The position numbers were made by a program, and so were the translations under genes. Of a DNA stretch of 64,000 bases, positions 12,509 to 25,449 are shown in pieces (the first letter of the stretch is position 1; every line of letters starts with the position of its first letter). Under the pieces are notes generated by a model. It made no database searches and was not told the DNA's origin. It worked only from the letters and a program-made list of their open reading frames with translations. This DNA comes from Lytechinus pictus (lineage: Eukaryota). The DNA is taken from the NCBI RefSeq assembly GCF_037042905.1, contig NC_087250.1, forward strand, positions 15,688,001 through 15,752,000. Direction: 5' to 3'.

Positions 12509-14768
12509 CTACAAAGTGCATTGAAAACAAATGTAATCGAATTGCTGAGGGGTAATATTCAAAGATAACTAATAAAAATTAATAACTCTTATTTACCCAG
12601 CTGTAAGCTGTTCTTCCAGTGGGCCCTCATTACGAGACAGGCACGTTTGATTTTTTCAGAGTTTTTACTTTCAAACTCGGGATTGAAACATTGAGATGGA
12701 ATCAAATGCACCCGCTTAGTCCTCTCCGCAAACCACAGAATGCCCTCGAGCAATAGGGAGCTCTGATAACCGCAGATAAGCAGTGACTGAATCGCTATAC
12801 TGAAGTCCCCCGACGTGGTGAATGAAAGTCTCCATGCCAAAAATTGTATTAAAAATGTAAATGGTAAAGTTGCCAACGAACATTCATATCCCGAAATAAA
12901 CTTGGAAGCCTGAAAAATGGACCAGAAAAAGTTGGGATATTGAAATGAAATAATGAACAATCTAATGATCGACTCGCATCTCGGGGGATTCGCCGAAAAT
13001 ATATTGTTTACACTGTACGTCGCCCATTACCCGAGCTGGGCTGCGGCTAGAAATTTGACCTCAGGAGCAGATTAATTCTGACTGGCTTGAATTTCTGGAC
13101 ATTTATGATTTATTTTCATGCTATTTTATTCATCTTCATTTTGTCAAAAAGATTTCTTAAATTGATAGTTACCCCAGACATTACTTTGAATGGCTGAAAA
13201 GGACCGAGTAAAAGCCAAGATAATTTATTCAGTCTCCTTTTCTCATGTCTGTACAACAAACGCATATTGACTTATTGGGTTCCGAGTTTCGCCTCAAAAC
13301 TCGGATCTCAATGTTTCACGGAGTTGCATACTTCTATAGGCATCTTTCACTAGTCTAATTCCTAGACCACTGTTACTGCATCGTAAATGTTTGGTTTGAC
13401 TTTATGGTTTTATTTTGACGGATGAAGAGGGAGTTAGGAGAGAGAGAGATAAAAGGTATGTATGTATGTGTGTGTGAGAGAGGGAGAGATAGAGAAAGAT
13501 GGCAAAGAGATTGAGGGAGAGAGCGAGCGAGAGAGATGAACCATTCATGCCTTCAAAATGTGTACAAGACTACCTATCATATTATCTGTGTTGCGCTGAT
13601 GCGGTTTCTGTTCATGGCCTCACGGGCCTATTAACATTGGGAAAGCAAGAGATATTCATTCGAGCCAACCCATTGCTATTTTTTTAATTTTGATATGGCT
13701 GATTGACAAAGTGTATGCATATGATTGTCCATCTAACACTGATTCTATTTTTGGTAAATACTGAACTTGCTTTTCCCAAATTGGGAAGAAATATCACCAA
13801 TTTTGGACTATATTTTGACTGGCGGAAGGATTAGGGCTATTTTGCTGTTTGAGGTGATGAATCTGCTCCCCCCGACGGTGTCTTCAAACACGCCAATTTA
13901 TTTTTAAAATGAGCCTGTCGAGGGACCCTTTTCTGGTCAGATATGGATTGCCAGATATATATCCTATCCACTGGTAGTAAACATTCGACCCCCGAATTTC
14001 ATCCTTATTTTTTATGAATTTTTTAAAGTGCCAATTTAACACACGAGTCTATGGGGAATGAATTAAGCCTGTGAGACCTCATAGGAAGATAAGTGCCCTG
14101 AGGGACTTGTTTATTTTCTTTGATAGGGCTGGAATTCTCCTTTGTTCCCATCTCAATGTTTCAATTTTCAAACGTAAGGATTTCCTCATGCTCCATAAAA
14201 TAATATGTTATTATAACCCTTCTCCATTCTCATCTGTTGAGTGCATGACAAGAAAGCAGAAGGTAAGTCTTTGGTATAACTCAGCCGGGGATCAGACCCA
14301 CGACATCCCGTTCATGAGGTTGGCGCTCTATTACTGAGCCCCCATGTCCAACTGAATATTGAGTTTTTAATTTGCCAGCTTAGGTGCCTTGTCATAAGTT
14401 GGAATCACATTTACATGAAGAATCAATGCGGAATGCAAGAGAGCTTCTATCAATAAATGATCCGACACGTAGTGCCTTTATATCAGAATTCCCGCTAAAA
14501 AAAGATGGCACAGACTTTTGATAAGGTACCTAATGACATGGCAACTTCTCAGCTTTTCAGTGATACCCTACTTCTTACCCGTACACCATTGATGATTCAA
14601 ATAATTGATGTTTAAGACGTTGGGTACGAATTCCACTTTTTCCAAGTATCGGAAGGCCGAGATGAAACTTTCAATGGCAACTTTTTTAGGGGAATGATAT
14701 CTTTGTCAATGGACATGATCAATAGGAATAGACCTTTTGTAAGATATGCTATTATGTGCAATGCTTAA

Positions 14769-15157
14769 AGAGAAATTCCAGTAGTTGCAGTAAACACTGA
14801 TTTCATGAGAAAGTCTGTAAAACCAGGCTTAATTGTCAGTATATCATCGAGGATCTAGATCTGGTACAGTTACATAAACTGAACTTTGTGAAATCTTGAA
14901 ATCTACGCTGAAAAATGTTCAGACTGAACTTCCCCAACACAGATAAGCGCACGTGGGACAGTGTATAATTATTGCTTTTGGGCCCGACGCTCTACCCGAA
15001 TCCTGTGCTTATTTGCTGATTTCTCAGCAATTACACAATTTCTTCCAGAATCCTTTGGCACATGTGTTTTATTTATACAAACAGACACTTTGGTGGTCAT
15101 TTCATTGGATTCTGTAAGAACTCATTTTGATATCGTTACCAAAACTAGCATTTACCT
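14769..15157. mobile_element. Kolobok-like non-autonomous element
   Basis: TTAA|AGAGAAATTCCAGT...ACTAGCATTTACCT|TTAA. Confidence 0.65.
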
Positions 15158-15199
15158 TTAAAAGGTTACAGTTCCTCTTTGATTGATCACTTTCCTTTC

Positions 15200-15520
15200 A
15201 CTTCACTTATGATAATATATAAATTTATAGAGTGCAGAAACTATTCCATAAAGTGTATATTCTACTGCGCTTTATGGGACTCCTAAAATGCTTGTTATTG
15301 ATTAAATAGATGTGTTTTATGCTTTGGTTTAAAGTTGTTTACGGATGGCGCTTTCCTAACTTCCGGGGGTAAGCTATTCCAATGCTTGGGGGCTACACAA
15401 GTGAATGTTTGATCTCCTAGTGTTACTTTTGTTTTGAAGGATGGAATCTGTAAAAGCAGAGGATCCGTTGAACTGCGCAAATTGCGACCATGATTACTGC
15501 TTTTCTGTAATGTAGCCAGA
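15200..15520 (-). mobile_element. L2 LINE 3-prime fragment
   Basis: RNLRSS...LQIPSFKTKVTLGDQTFTCVAPKHWNSLPPEVRKA...FK..KTHLF. Confidence 0.75.
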
Positions 15521-15940
15521 AGCTTGACCAAGAAGTGCTTTGTATAAAGAGAGGAATCTGTAAATCTTGTCTTCCACAGTGATTTATTCAGTCATGCATG
15601 GTGTGAGTAGTGTAAGGTATCAATGAAAAGATGAGTTATTCCCTCAAATGATGGTATAAATGTACATGTACTGTACTTAAATTGTAGTATTCAATGATTA
15701 TTTCATATTAACCATTAAAATTCAGAATACGAGTACCTTTATTTTGATAAAGCGATTAACAAGCTCACTGAACTATGTCCTCATTGTCTGAGTCAAAGAC
15801 AAGAGCAATACATCAATTTTAGCCTTAAATCAGGTGTTCCCTGAATGGGAAGGAAGTTTCAAAAAAGTTCCACTAAATATATTGTGAATGAAGAATTTAT
15901 ACTTTCACGATAATGAGCAAAATATATTTTGGGGTGCAGT

Positions 15941-16410
15941 ATATTTGGACCCATCGAAGGGGAGAGTTGTTCGAGAGTGACATCATGAAGTAAGCAAGAT
16001 TTGGGTTATATTTGGACCCATTGAAGGGGAGAGTTGTTCAAGAGTGACATCATGAAGTAAGCAAGATTTGGGTTATATTTGGACCCATCGAAGGGGAGAG
16101 TTGTTCAAGAGTGACATCATGAAGTAAGCAAGATTTGGGTTATATTTGGACCCATCAAAGGGGAGAGTTGTTCAAGAGTGACATCATGATGTAAGCAAGT
16201 TTTGGGTTATATTTGGACCCATCGAAGGGGAGGGTTGTTCAAGAGTGACATCATGAAGTAAGCAAGATTTGGGTTATATTTGGACCCATCGAAGGGGAGA
16301 GTTGTTCAAGAGTGACATCATGAAGTAAGCAAGATTTGGGTTATATTTGGACCCATCAAAGGGGAGAGTTGTTCGAGAGTGACATCATGATAAGTAAGCA
16401 AGTTTTGGAT
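15941..16410. repeat. 67-bp minisatellite, 7 copies, abutting the exon 22 donor
   Basis: ATATTTGGACCCATCGAAGGGGAGAGTTGTTCAAGAGTGACATCATGAAGTAAGCAAGATTTGGGTT at 15941, 16008, 16075 and onward. Confidence 0.95.
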
Positions 16411-16416
16411 ACCCAC

Positions 16417-16519
16417 CTTGTCCATATCCTATCGAGTAGAAACCTGGTCTGCACTCTGTCCTTACTCCATCAAAACATGCTGTACCAGCTTCACATTGGA
16501 TGCATTCATCAATACAGAA
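16417..16519 (-). CDS. Exon 22: CxxC / GCC2-GCC3-like cysteine-rich repeat
   Basis: FCIDECIQCEAGTACFDGVRTECRPGFYSIGYGQ; phase 0-1, donor gtgggt. Confidence 0.87.
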
Positions 16520-16639
16520 CTGAAAATGATAATATAATAATTTTGATATAACGGATATTACGATCACTTCTCTATGCTTTGCCACAGAATTGGATGCACT
16601 CACCAATACAGTACTGAAAATCATACTAATAAAAAAAAA

Positions 16640-16905
16640 AAAGTTATTGTATTATGATTATAACGTCTCTATGGGCTCTCAAAGGGCTTGGATACCATAA
16701 CCCTAGCTTTGGCTTGGCGTCCATAATTAATACAGCGCACATGCATTTCAAGAAATCAATTCCTACCAGTTACCCATTTACCTCACCTAGGTCGAATGCA
16801 GCGAAATCTGGATGCCTTTCTTGCTAAAGAAAACTCATGGCTGGGATTTGAATCCACAACCGTTTGTTTTGAAGTCTAAAGACCACTGGGCTACAAATTC
16901 CCACA
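16640..16905 (-). mobile_element. Degenerate tRNA-SINE
   Basis: Shares ACCCATTTACCTCACCT-GGTCGA-TGCAGC core and box B with the copies at 34249 and 35380. Confidence 0.65.
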
Positions 16906-17985
16906 ATGCTCCACAGTACTGAAAATATTGAGGACAAATATTCAAAGAAACAAACCAAGAAATAACATATGTTCGTATTGTTGATAATTGTATAATTTTG
17001 CTATTTGTAAGCTTTGCTTTCTCCAGGATCACCGTTCAATACCATCAGTGTATTAAAACTGTGTTGTCAAATGTTTTGTATTGTTTTTGTATTTGATGGT
17101 TTAACAAATGAATCAAATTGAATTGAATTGAAAATAAAGATAATGTAGTGGTATGACTTCAGGTGCTTTGCATAACTATTTCTTTCTTTCAGGTGTTATG
17201 TGTAAGAGCTATGCTTGCACCAGGTGGACTCATACATACATGTACAATAGCGTACTTAACCATGACAACAGGCATCAATTTGGCACACTGCAAACTAACA
17301 TAGTATGCAATGAACCCCTTCTGTAGTTCTAAAACTCTATCTCTAATCTATCTGCATGCTGGAACCAATCTCTAAGCAATCTGTAATAATCTGACTTGGG
17401 TTCAGAAGTGAACTCCTTTTATATTGGTCTGGTCAAGACTCTTTGTAGCCGAACGGGTGTTGGTCAACCTTGGATGCTTGACCAAAACATTCTGTACGTC
17501 ATAATTTTACTCTGAATTGGGGGAATGGACCTTTTTAATAGTTAAGAGGGAGGAATGTAGTGAATAAGAAACCCATAAAATGTGTGTGCTTCAGAAGTTT
17601 AGCTGGAAGAAGAATGAGTAATACTTTCTAAAGAAAGTTGGAGACGGTAAACATATATCAATCAATATTAAGTATTGATTATGTATTGATATATTATTGA
17701 ATATGTGAGATATATCTCATCATCACATAACAATAAAGTATAAATACCACCAATAATATAATTGCAAAAGACTATAAGAAAAAAACTTCCCCTATGAACA
17801 CCCATTTGTGTAGTTGTAACATCTTGTTTTTTACAGTCCCTTTCACACATTCAGTTCCATGAAAAAAATAGGCAGTTATTTTCATTAACCGTTATTATAA
17901 GCTATTGAAATCCTTGAATCTGATTTTAGCATAAAGGAAAATAGTCAAGGAAAATTACAGACTATATGTTCATGAACGATCTTAC

Positions 17986-18048
17986 CGTGTCATTGCATAC
18001 TGCGTATGTATATGGTGGACATATATATGCATATCCATCGTGGCAAAT
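17986..18048 (-). CDS. Exon 21: cysteine-rich micro-exon (63 nt)
   Basis: ttccag|ICHDGYAYICPPYTYAVCNDT|gtaaga; phase 0-0. Confidence 0.82.
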
Positions 18049-18573
18049 CTGGAATAAAAATGAAGATACAGGTAGCAATCAAAATATACATACATGTATT
18101 ATAATTTATAGCAACAGCATCAATTATGATGATGATTTAAATACCACTGTTGTATTCTAACTTCTACTACTGGAGATATTTGTAGGTTAAGAACAGATAA
18201 AGATGGTAATTTAGTCAATGAAATCAAGTAATGAAACAACAAAAATATATGTCAAGGTTCACATATACATTGCAATTTTGGTGTTTATTTGTTTTAATAT
18301 AAAGGCAAAAAATAATTATTATTTCAAATTTTGATATTTGTGAAAAAAGTCTGCTTTTTTAAGTGCAGATATTCTGCTAAAATCTGAATTAGCTGATATT
18401 GTCTTGCCGTGTTTTCATATACTTGCAAATATCATTATTGGTCCTTATATTCAAAAGAAGTTTAAATTGTTTCATGGTATTAAGAAACCCATGCATTATG
18501 CAGATTTGTTTTATTATTGTGCTTTATTCCAGCATGAATTTAGTATGTAACACTTACCATGTAACAACTACAA

Positions 18574-19025
18574 TTGCACTGGCTTCCCATTAAATTTTTT
18601 ATACAATTCAAAATTCTACTCCTAACATTCAAATCTCTTCATGGACATGCTCCAAAATATCTCTCTAAATTAAACCAGGCACACACTCCCAGTAGGTCCC
18701 TTCATTCTGCAAATCAGCATTTCTTAACAGTCAAAAAAGCAAAAACTAAACTTTTTGGTGATAGGTCCTTTTCAAGCTCTGCCCCACGTCTTTGGAATAC
18801 TATTCCAGCTTCCCTCTGTTTCGATCCAATTTAAAGACGTACCTCATGAAGAATGCATATTCAACATGTAGCCCCATTTACAGTGTACAGTGTCCTTGAT
18901 ATTTTTCAATTTTTAGTTACATGTATTTCACTTTTGTTTGTATATTTTGTATGTTCTATATTGTAAAGCGCTTTGATATGGATTTCATGAAAAGCGCTAT
19001 ATAAGACTAAATTATTATTATTATC
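18574..19025 (+). mobile_element. L2 LINE 3-prime fragment
   Basis: LHWLPI...IQFKILLLTFKSLHGHAPKYL...FGDRSFSSSAPRLWN followed by GTAAAGCGC..AAGCGCTATATAA..(TAT)n tail. Confidence 0.85.
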
Positions 19026-19104
19026 ATCATCATATGCTAAAAGCACACATTTATAATTGGGCTTTACTAATTTTTAGTGTACTCAATGAAATAGGCATAA
19101 TTAA

Positions 19105-20014
19105 AGGGATGCTCCAGGCTGAAGATATTCATATTTCAATTAATGGAGTAAAATTCACAGAGCAAAATGCTGAAAATTTGATCAAAATCAGATAACAAAT
19201 AACAAAGTTATTGAATTAAAAAAATTTCATTATACCAGTGAAACAGTTCTAGACATGTCTTCATGAATATTCATTAGGTGGGGTGATGTCATATCTCTTC
19301 TTGTTCTTTTGTATTTTTATTATATGAAATTGGGTTTATTCAAAAATTTTCTACCAAGAACTATAACAATTTGATTGACAACTGATTAAGTGTATTCGAT
19401 TTAGTGCTGCAACTAAATTTCATCATAATGGAGACACATACACATGCATGAAAAAACGAAACAATTATGATTTCATATAATAACATAAGAAAAAGGAATG
19501 TGGGGGATGTGACATCATCATCATGACGTGCATATAATAAAATATTGCTAAACTTAAAAATTCAATAACTTTGTCATTTGTTACCCGATTTTGATGACAT
19601 TTTCAGCAGTTTGCTATTTATTTGGAAGAGCCGTGGTGTAGTGGTTCTGACTCTCGCCTTGTAAACAGAGGGTCGTGTGTTCGAATCCCACCTAGGTCTA
19701 GCGTCCTTTAGCAAGGCGTTAATCCACACTTTGCCACTCTCGATCCAGGTGCTAAATGGGTACCCGGTAGGATGCGAAAGATATTGCATGTTTGAATTTG
19801 CCAGCGCCATAATGAGGCTGCGATGAATGCAAGGAATGCTCCCCAGGGAGTGGAAATTGTGCACTTTTCATGCAGGATTGAAATGAATCCCATGACCGGG
19901 GTAAATAATATGCTGTAAAGCGCTTTGAGCCATTCTGGGAAAAGCACTATATAAAAATTGGCTATTATTATTATTATTATTTAGATATGAATATTCTCAG
20001 CCTGGAGCATCCCT
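19105..20014. mobile_element. Kolobok-like element (family of 736-1317) with nested SINE
   Basis: TTAA|AGGGATGCTCCAGGCTGA...TCAGCCTGGAGCATCCCT|TTAG. Confidence 0.82.
19623..19980 (+). mobile_element. tRNA-SINE family A nested in the right TIR
   Basis: Head nearly identical to 376-732; (TAT)n tail. Confidence 0.85.
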
Positions 20015-20194
20015 TTAGGTACATGTATACAACATCTGCAGAATCCATGGATTTGTATCAATTTACAATTGAAAACTGTTATGAGAATACAAGCCATAAT
20101 GTCCTTGTGACTGTGTCATATCACTAAATGACATGAAATCAAATAAATTCAATAAGTGAACAACGAACGGCGCTTTTAGACGCGCTTGTCTCAC

Positions 20195-20358
20195 ATGTCC
20201 TTCTGGGCAATGGCTGCAGTGCGTTGCGTGTCCATAGGAGTGTTCCACCGGTGAGCGATCGCAATCATCGCGTGGCGGGTCACATCGGCCACACGTTGAA
20301 CGTGATCCGTCACCCGGGCAGTAGTACGTGGTCTCGCATCGCATACAACCAAGCAGAT
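20195..20358 (-). CDS. Exon 20: CxxC cysteine-rich region
   Basis: HLLGCMRCETTYYCPGDG...CGRC...CSHCPEGH; phase 1-0, donor gtgaga. Confidence 0.88.
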
Positions 20359-20760
20359 CTGTGCATAGAAACAGCGTGAAGAGTAAACAAGTTTGAGGCC
20401 AAAAAAGTCGTGAGCTAGTATATCTTGACCTTTTTAGTACAAGAATCTAGTTTGCATACTGTTTTATTATTGTTTTAAGATTATGTCATATTTTCCCTTT
20501 TTCCTGTTCCTATTTTTTTTCTTAGTCTTGAAACATTTTTTTGAGGAGCATGGCCCCCAGCCGCCCCCACCCCTCTCTGTATGCCAGTGCATAGAAACAT
20601 GATGGTATTATTCATTTTTTATTACCTGCAATTGAATAGGAAGGATAATATATAGAGTTACATGAACAACCAAGACCTCTCTTTAGGAAAGTCATTTTCC
20701 TTGGAATATTATGGAGGTCATCCCCCCCCCCTCACCTGTGAAGCACCGCCTAAGACTTAC

Positions 20761-20914
20761 GTTTAAACTTCATGTACGGCCTGCACCCTAGCAGCTCGAA
20801 GCGCAAACCAATACGGCTGTGCCACGATATAGGATAAATCCGCAAATATATGGCGTATACTTCATCAAAGTAGTTTGTCACTGTGCTGGTCTGGTCGTAG
20901 TTTCCAATGAATAC
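20761..20914 (-). CDS. Exon 19: discoidin domain 3, C-part
   Basis: VFIGNYDQTSTVTNYFDEVYAIYLRIYPISWHSRIGLRFELLGC; phase 0-1, donor gtaagt. Confidence 0.92.
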
Positions 20915-21382
20915 CTGTTAATGAATGAAACAATTGATAAAGATAAAAAATAAAGTCAGCCCCTTACCTGTATGTTGATGTATTTAAGGGCTGCAAACTG
21001 AATGATCTGGTGCACACTTTTGAAAAAAAAGAAAAACTTGTGGAAAAATTAGAAATAAAAACTTATCAAAACTACATGTAGAGCTTGACCTAGTCATATC
21101 GATATACATTACATGTATAGTAGGCCCCAGGTTCGATTCCTGGCAGAGACATTTAAAGAGCCTCTATGTAACTTTGATTTAATAATAATGTGACTTGTGA
21201 AGCACCAAATCCACTCTGTAGAGTGCTCAAGGAGCATAAAAAGCCAAGAGTTAAATGAAAGAGTTTTCAGAAGATTTTTAAAAGTCTCGACAGAGGTGCA
21301 TTTTTATATGTCATAAAGATGTCTTTAAAAAAAAAAATCAGACTGCATGAGATAAACATCTTGATTTTTGATAACAGACCAG

Positions 21383-21661
21383 GGCCCCATCTTACAAAAA
21401 GTTAAATTGATCCGATCAACCACAACTATGGAAAGCCAACAACATCAACATCTAAACATGCATGTTTGTTCAAAATATTTCCTACATATGTTGTATATTC
21501 ATACATTCATTGTTTTCATGAAAATTCAGTATGCTCCTCCTGGTTTACAAACTAAAGGACATTGTACAATTTTCCTGTGGAAAAAAAATTACAACACTGA
21601 TGGATTTCCATATATTTGAGGTTGATCAGATCAATTGTAACTCTTTGTAAAAATGGGACCC
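21383..21661. mobile_element. Harbinger-like MITE
   Basis: GGGCCCCATCTTACAAAAAGTT...AACTCTTTGTAAAAATGGGACCC; inverted partial relative at about 9470-9690. Confidence 0.7.
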
Positions 21662-21777
21662 TAATGCATATCCAGTTAATGAATATAATAGCATAAATTG
21701 TAGTTTGTAAAAATAAATCATATCTAAATATAGATTTTTTTGCGGGGATGAATCGTTTGTTTCTTTGCTGTACCTAC

Positions 21778-21971
21778 CCTGGTCTTATTGTTTGCGTCCA
21801 AGATATCCATCCATGAGAATGTATTGTTAGAGACAGCCAATGTGAAGTTTACAACCCATGCCAGTATATCACTGGAACCCTGCGTTTTGATTCCCGCTAA
21901 CACAGTGGTTTCATTCATAGATACTTGCATCCATTCACCCGGACGCGATGGGAAGTTACCTGGCACCCAAC
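21778..21971 (-). CDS. Exon 18: discoidin domain 3, middle
   Basis: GWVPGNFPSRPGEWMQVSMNETTVLAGIKTQGSSDILAWVVNF...; phase 1-0. Confidence 0.9.
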
Positions 21972-22028
21972 CTGTTGACAGAGTTGATTAGATGATGTTT
22001 GAATGTCTGCATGGTGACATAGACAATT

Positions 22029-22847
22029 GAAGAGTTTAGTTGCAAAAGGGGTTACGTCCACTTGGTACCATTCCGAGAAAAACCATGTTTTTTATTCTCA
22101 CTTGTTGCAATATTCTTATGAGAAACTAAATTGTCATACTGTACTACCTTATCATGTAAACATAAAATTGGGTATAAAAGAAATCTACCTGTCTTCAATT
22201 TTTTTCAATATATTTAAAAAAAAATTGTCATTGTGGACCTAACCCCTTTTGCAAGCAAACTGAAATGAATCCAATCTCTTTTGATTAAAAAAGTGATTTT
22301 TCTTTGCCACTTTCATTCATGCTTTCATATGAATTTCAAATTGTCTTTGGTATCATCAGAGTGACTAAAAATTTAGAGGTTTAGAGACAGAAAACAATAA
22401 AATTTATGAAAAATGGACCTAACCCCTTTTGACAAATGAGGTCTTCAGAAGAGTTTGGTTGCAAAAGGGGTTAGGTCCACCCCAAGAAAATCATTTTTTT
22501 CTCTCCCATATTGCAATATTCTTATGTGAAACTGAATTTTCATGATACCCTACCATGAGAACATGAAATTGGGTATAAAAGAAATCTACCTGTCTGCATA
22601 TTTTTTAAGAAATTATTTTCCAAAAAAATTCTGTGTGGACCTAACCCCTTTTGCAACTAAACTGAAATGGACCTAACCCCTTTTTAAAAAAAAGGTGATT
22701 TTTCTTTGCCATTTTAGTTCACTTTTTAATAGGAATTTCAACTTTTCTTTGGTATCATCTTATAGAGCTATTAAAAATCTACACATTGAGACATAAAATC
22801 AAATTTGATGAAAAATGGACCTAACCCCTTTTGCAAGTGAGCTCTTC
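22029..22847. mobile_element. Head-to-tail dimer of an approximately 410-bp TIR element, AATT TSD
   Basis: AATT|GAAGAG..TTGCAAAAGGGGTT...AACCCCTTTTG..CTCTTC|AATT; units 22029-22446 and 22448-22847; empty site visible at 23272-23362. Confidence 0.85.
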
Positions 22848-23366
22848 AATTGTGGAAGAGGTTCATGGTACCCCACATGGAAAGTCCTAGGAAGGACTAA
22901 CAAATGTTGATAGATGTGATCAGATTCAGATATTTTTATTGTCCATTATGCAATCAGGTACAAATGGAAATTCAATTTGTTCACTCAAAATAATTTAGAA
23001 TGTCGTATGATACACACAAAGATTACACGATACATATCATTCTCGTCCAGAAAGCACCCTTTTTCTTTTGTTATTTTAGAAGCTTGCTTTTCAATTTTTA
23101 ACAGTTTATGTGTATCCTCTTTCCTACTTACATATAATTATCCAAACAGTTGAACTAAAGAGAAGTGCACTTTCCACCATTGCCTTATAATAGACCTGCA
23201 GTATCATCTCTTGAACATGAGCGGACCTTTATAGCTTTCAAAGGAAGAACATTCTACTTTGGGCTTTGTAAGTCTGCACGGTGATATAGACAATTGTGGA
23301 AGAGGTTTACGGTACACCACATGGAAAGTCCTAGGAAGGACTACAAAATGTTGACAGATGTGGAAG

Positions 23367-23690
23367 TAATAACAATAAGAGCTACATCTATATAGTGTTC
23401 AATACTTTCTGTTTCTATAAAGTGCTTTACAATGTAATTATTATCACACCGTCATCGGTTCCTTGTATACACAATGTTGGCGTTTTTACCACTCCCTGGG
23501 GAGCATTCCAACGAAAATACCAAGACTAAATTGCTGGACATATACTACATTGGCTTTCACATCCTACCGGGTACCCATTTAACACCTGGGTGGAGAGTGG
23601 CAAAGGGTGGATTCATGCCCATCCAAAGGATGCTAAGCCAGGGTGGGATTCGAACAGACGACCCTCGGATGAAAAGGCGAGTCTGAAACA
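23367..23690 (-). mobile_element. tRNA-SINE family A, reverse orientation
   Basis: Reverse complement of 376-732 motifs (CCTACCGGGTACCCATTT, GGGATTCGAAC). Confidence 0.8.
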
Positions 23691-24672
23691 CTACCTCAGT
23701 ACTACACAGTGAAATGGATAGGCAAGAAAGGGAATTTTCAAAAGTAGAGTATCTTTCGGGATTGAGTGCAATCCTTGAAAAGGACTGAGTTGAGAAGCTG
23801 GAGTAGTTGGAGAGCTTGAATTGGATGAGAGAAAAATGCTGGTAATGGACCAGTTTGTAGTTACATCATGGACAATTTTGGTCAAATGACCTTTCATTTC
23901 TTTCATTATGATAGGCAGATTTCAAAGCGAGATATAACATATGCATGCCTTACATAGCAGGATGAAGAAATTGATTTATACCAGGTGACCAGAACAGCAA
24001 ACCAATGAACACTTTATGAAGGTATTTGTTGCATTTCTACTTTGAATGTATAATTATAGCATGTTGTACAATGTACTTGGCAAACTGTGAAATACCAGTC
24101 GTTTGTGGACGCATTTTCGTTCTTTGTGGATGCAAATGAAAAAATAATTGAAAAGAATATATGAGTAATCAAGACAACAATGTTGGTGCTTACATCAGTA
24201 CCAATGACCTTTCTCTGATAATAATAATAATAATACACAGTTCTTGTATAGCGCATATTACAATTATAAATGTCTCTATGCGCTTGCAAAGGACTAGGAT
24301 ATTATGATCATGCACAGAATATTCTGATCATGCACAGAATGGATATACAAACTAACTTATTGAACTTGTAGAGCAGGACAAAAAACAAAAAAACTCAAGT
24401 AGACGTGAGCATGTTAACTGACCGTCTCCAACTTTTCAAATCTTTCTGTTTTTTTAAGTTTTCTGACCTCCACTTTCTCGTCGATCCATTTCAATTCTAT
24501 CTCCGTACCTTTAACTTGTTAATAACTTTCTCATTTTAAATCCGATTTTGATGAAATCTTCGGTGCTATTCTTGTATGATTTTTCTCTATTGATTCAAAT
24601 CAACATTTCCTGTGGTCGAATTGACCTTGCAATAAAAACAAAAGTGGTTGGCTTAGTCTGAACTGCCCGAAC

Positions 24673-24807
24673 CTGAACCAAATAGCCGCGTAGGTAGTCT
24701 ATTGAGTCTTGCGCCGTCCACACTGTGACCTTCCAGGCCATCATCAGAGGCATCGAGATGAAACTCACTGATGAGTCTCGATTCCATTCCAAGAGGAGAT
24801 AGACAAA
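24673..24807 (-). CDS. Exon 17: discoidin domain 3, N-part
   Basis: VCLSPLGMESRLISEFHLDASDDGLEGHSVDGARLNRLPTRLFGS; phase 1-1; exon end could alternatively be 24679. Confidence 0.85.
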
Positions 24808-25449
24808 CTGAGGAAAGAGAGAGAGAAAGAGAGATATTTCAATTGTAAAGTATCTAAGCACTTACAGATTTATCATTATCCCGGTCATTACATGTATATT
24901 CAGTCAGTCATTCCTGTATGCAACATATCCTCCAATTGAGATCACGTATGTTTATATAAATCCCTCTCAAATGGTTTATTCATTTATTTTTATTCATTTC
25001 CAGGAAAAAAAGCATGACAACAATATAAACATTCTAAAAGAAATTTAAAATTGAACACCAGCCAATGGCTGGGGATCACCTAAAAGAATTGAAAATTCTG
25101 TCGAGAGGTTCTCCACATTGGCTGGTGCCTACATGGAATAACACAAAATAGCAATGAATGTAAACATGTAATTACAATACTTCTATATAAATCAACCTTC
25201 ATCGTAATATGAAGAGATCGAAACAAAAACACAAGGTTATCGGATTAATACTTTAAGAATGAATGCAGATTGGGTTAAATCAGGAATTAGTCATTTATCA
25301 AATTAGAAACAAAGATGCTAGGTCAATTGGTTGAATTTTGAGAGTCTGAAATGAAATAAATGGTTGTGAACTCAGGTGTTGTCTGAGAAAAACCTTTAAT
25401 GTCAAGAGTATTTATCGCAATTAAAGTATCCTTGGCCTTAAGGAAGATT

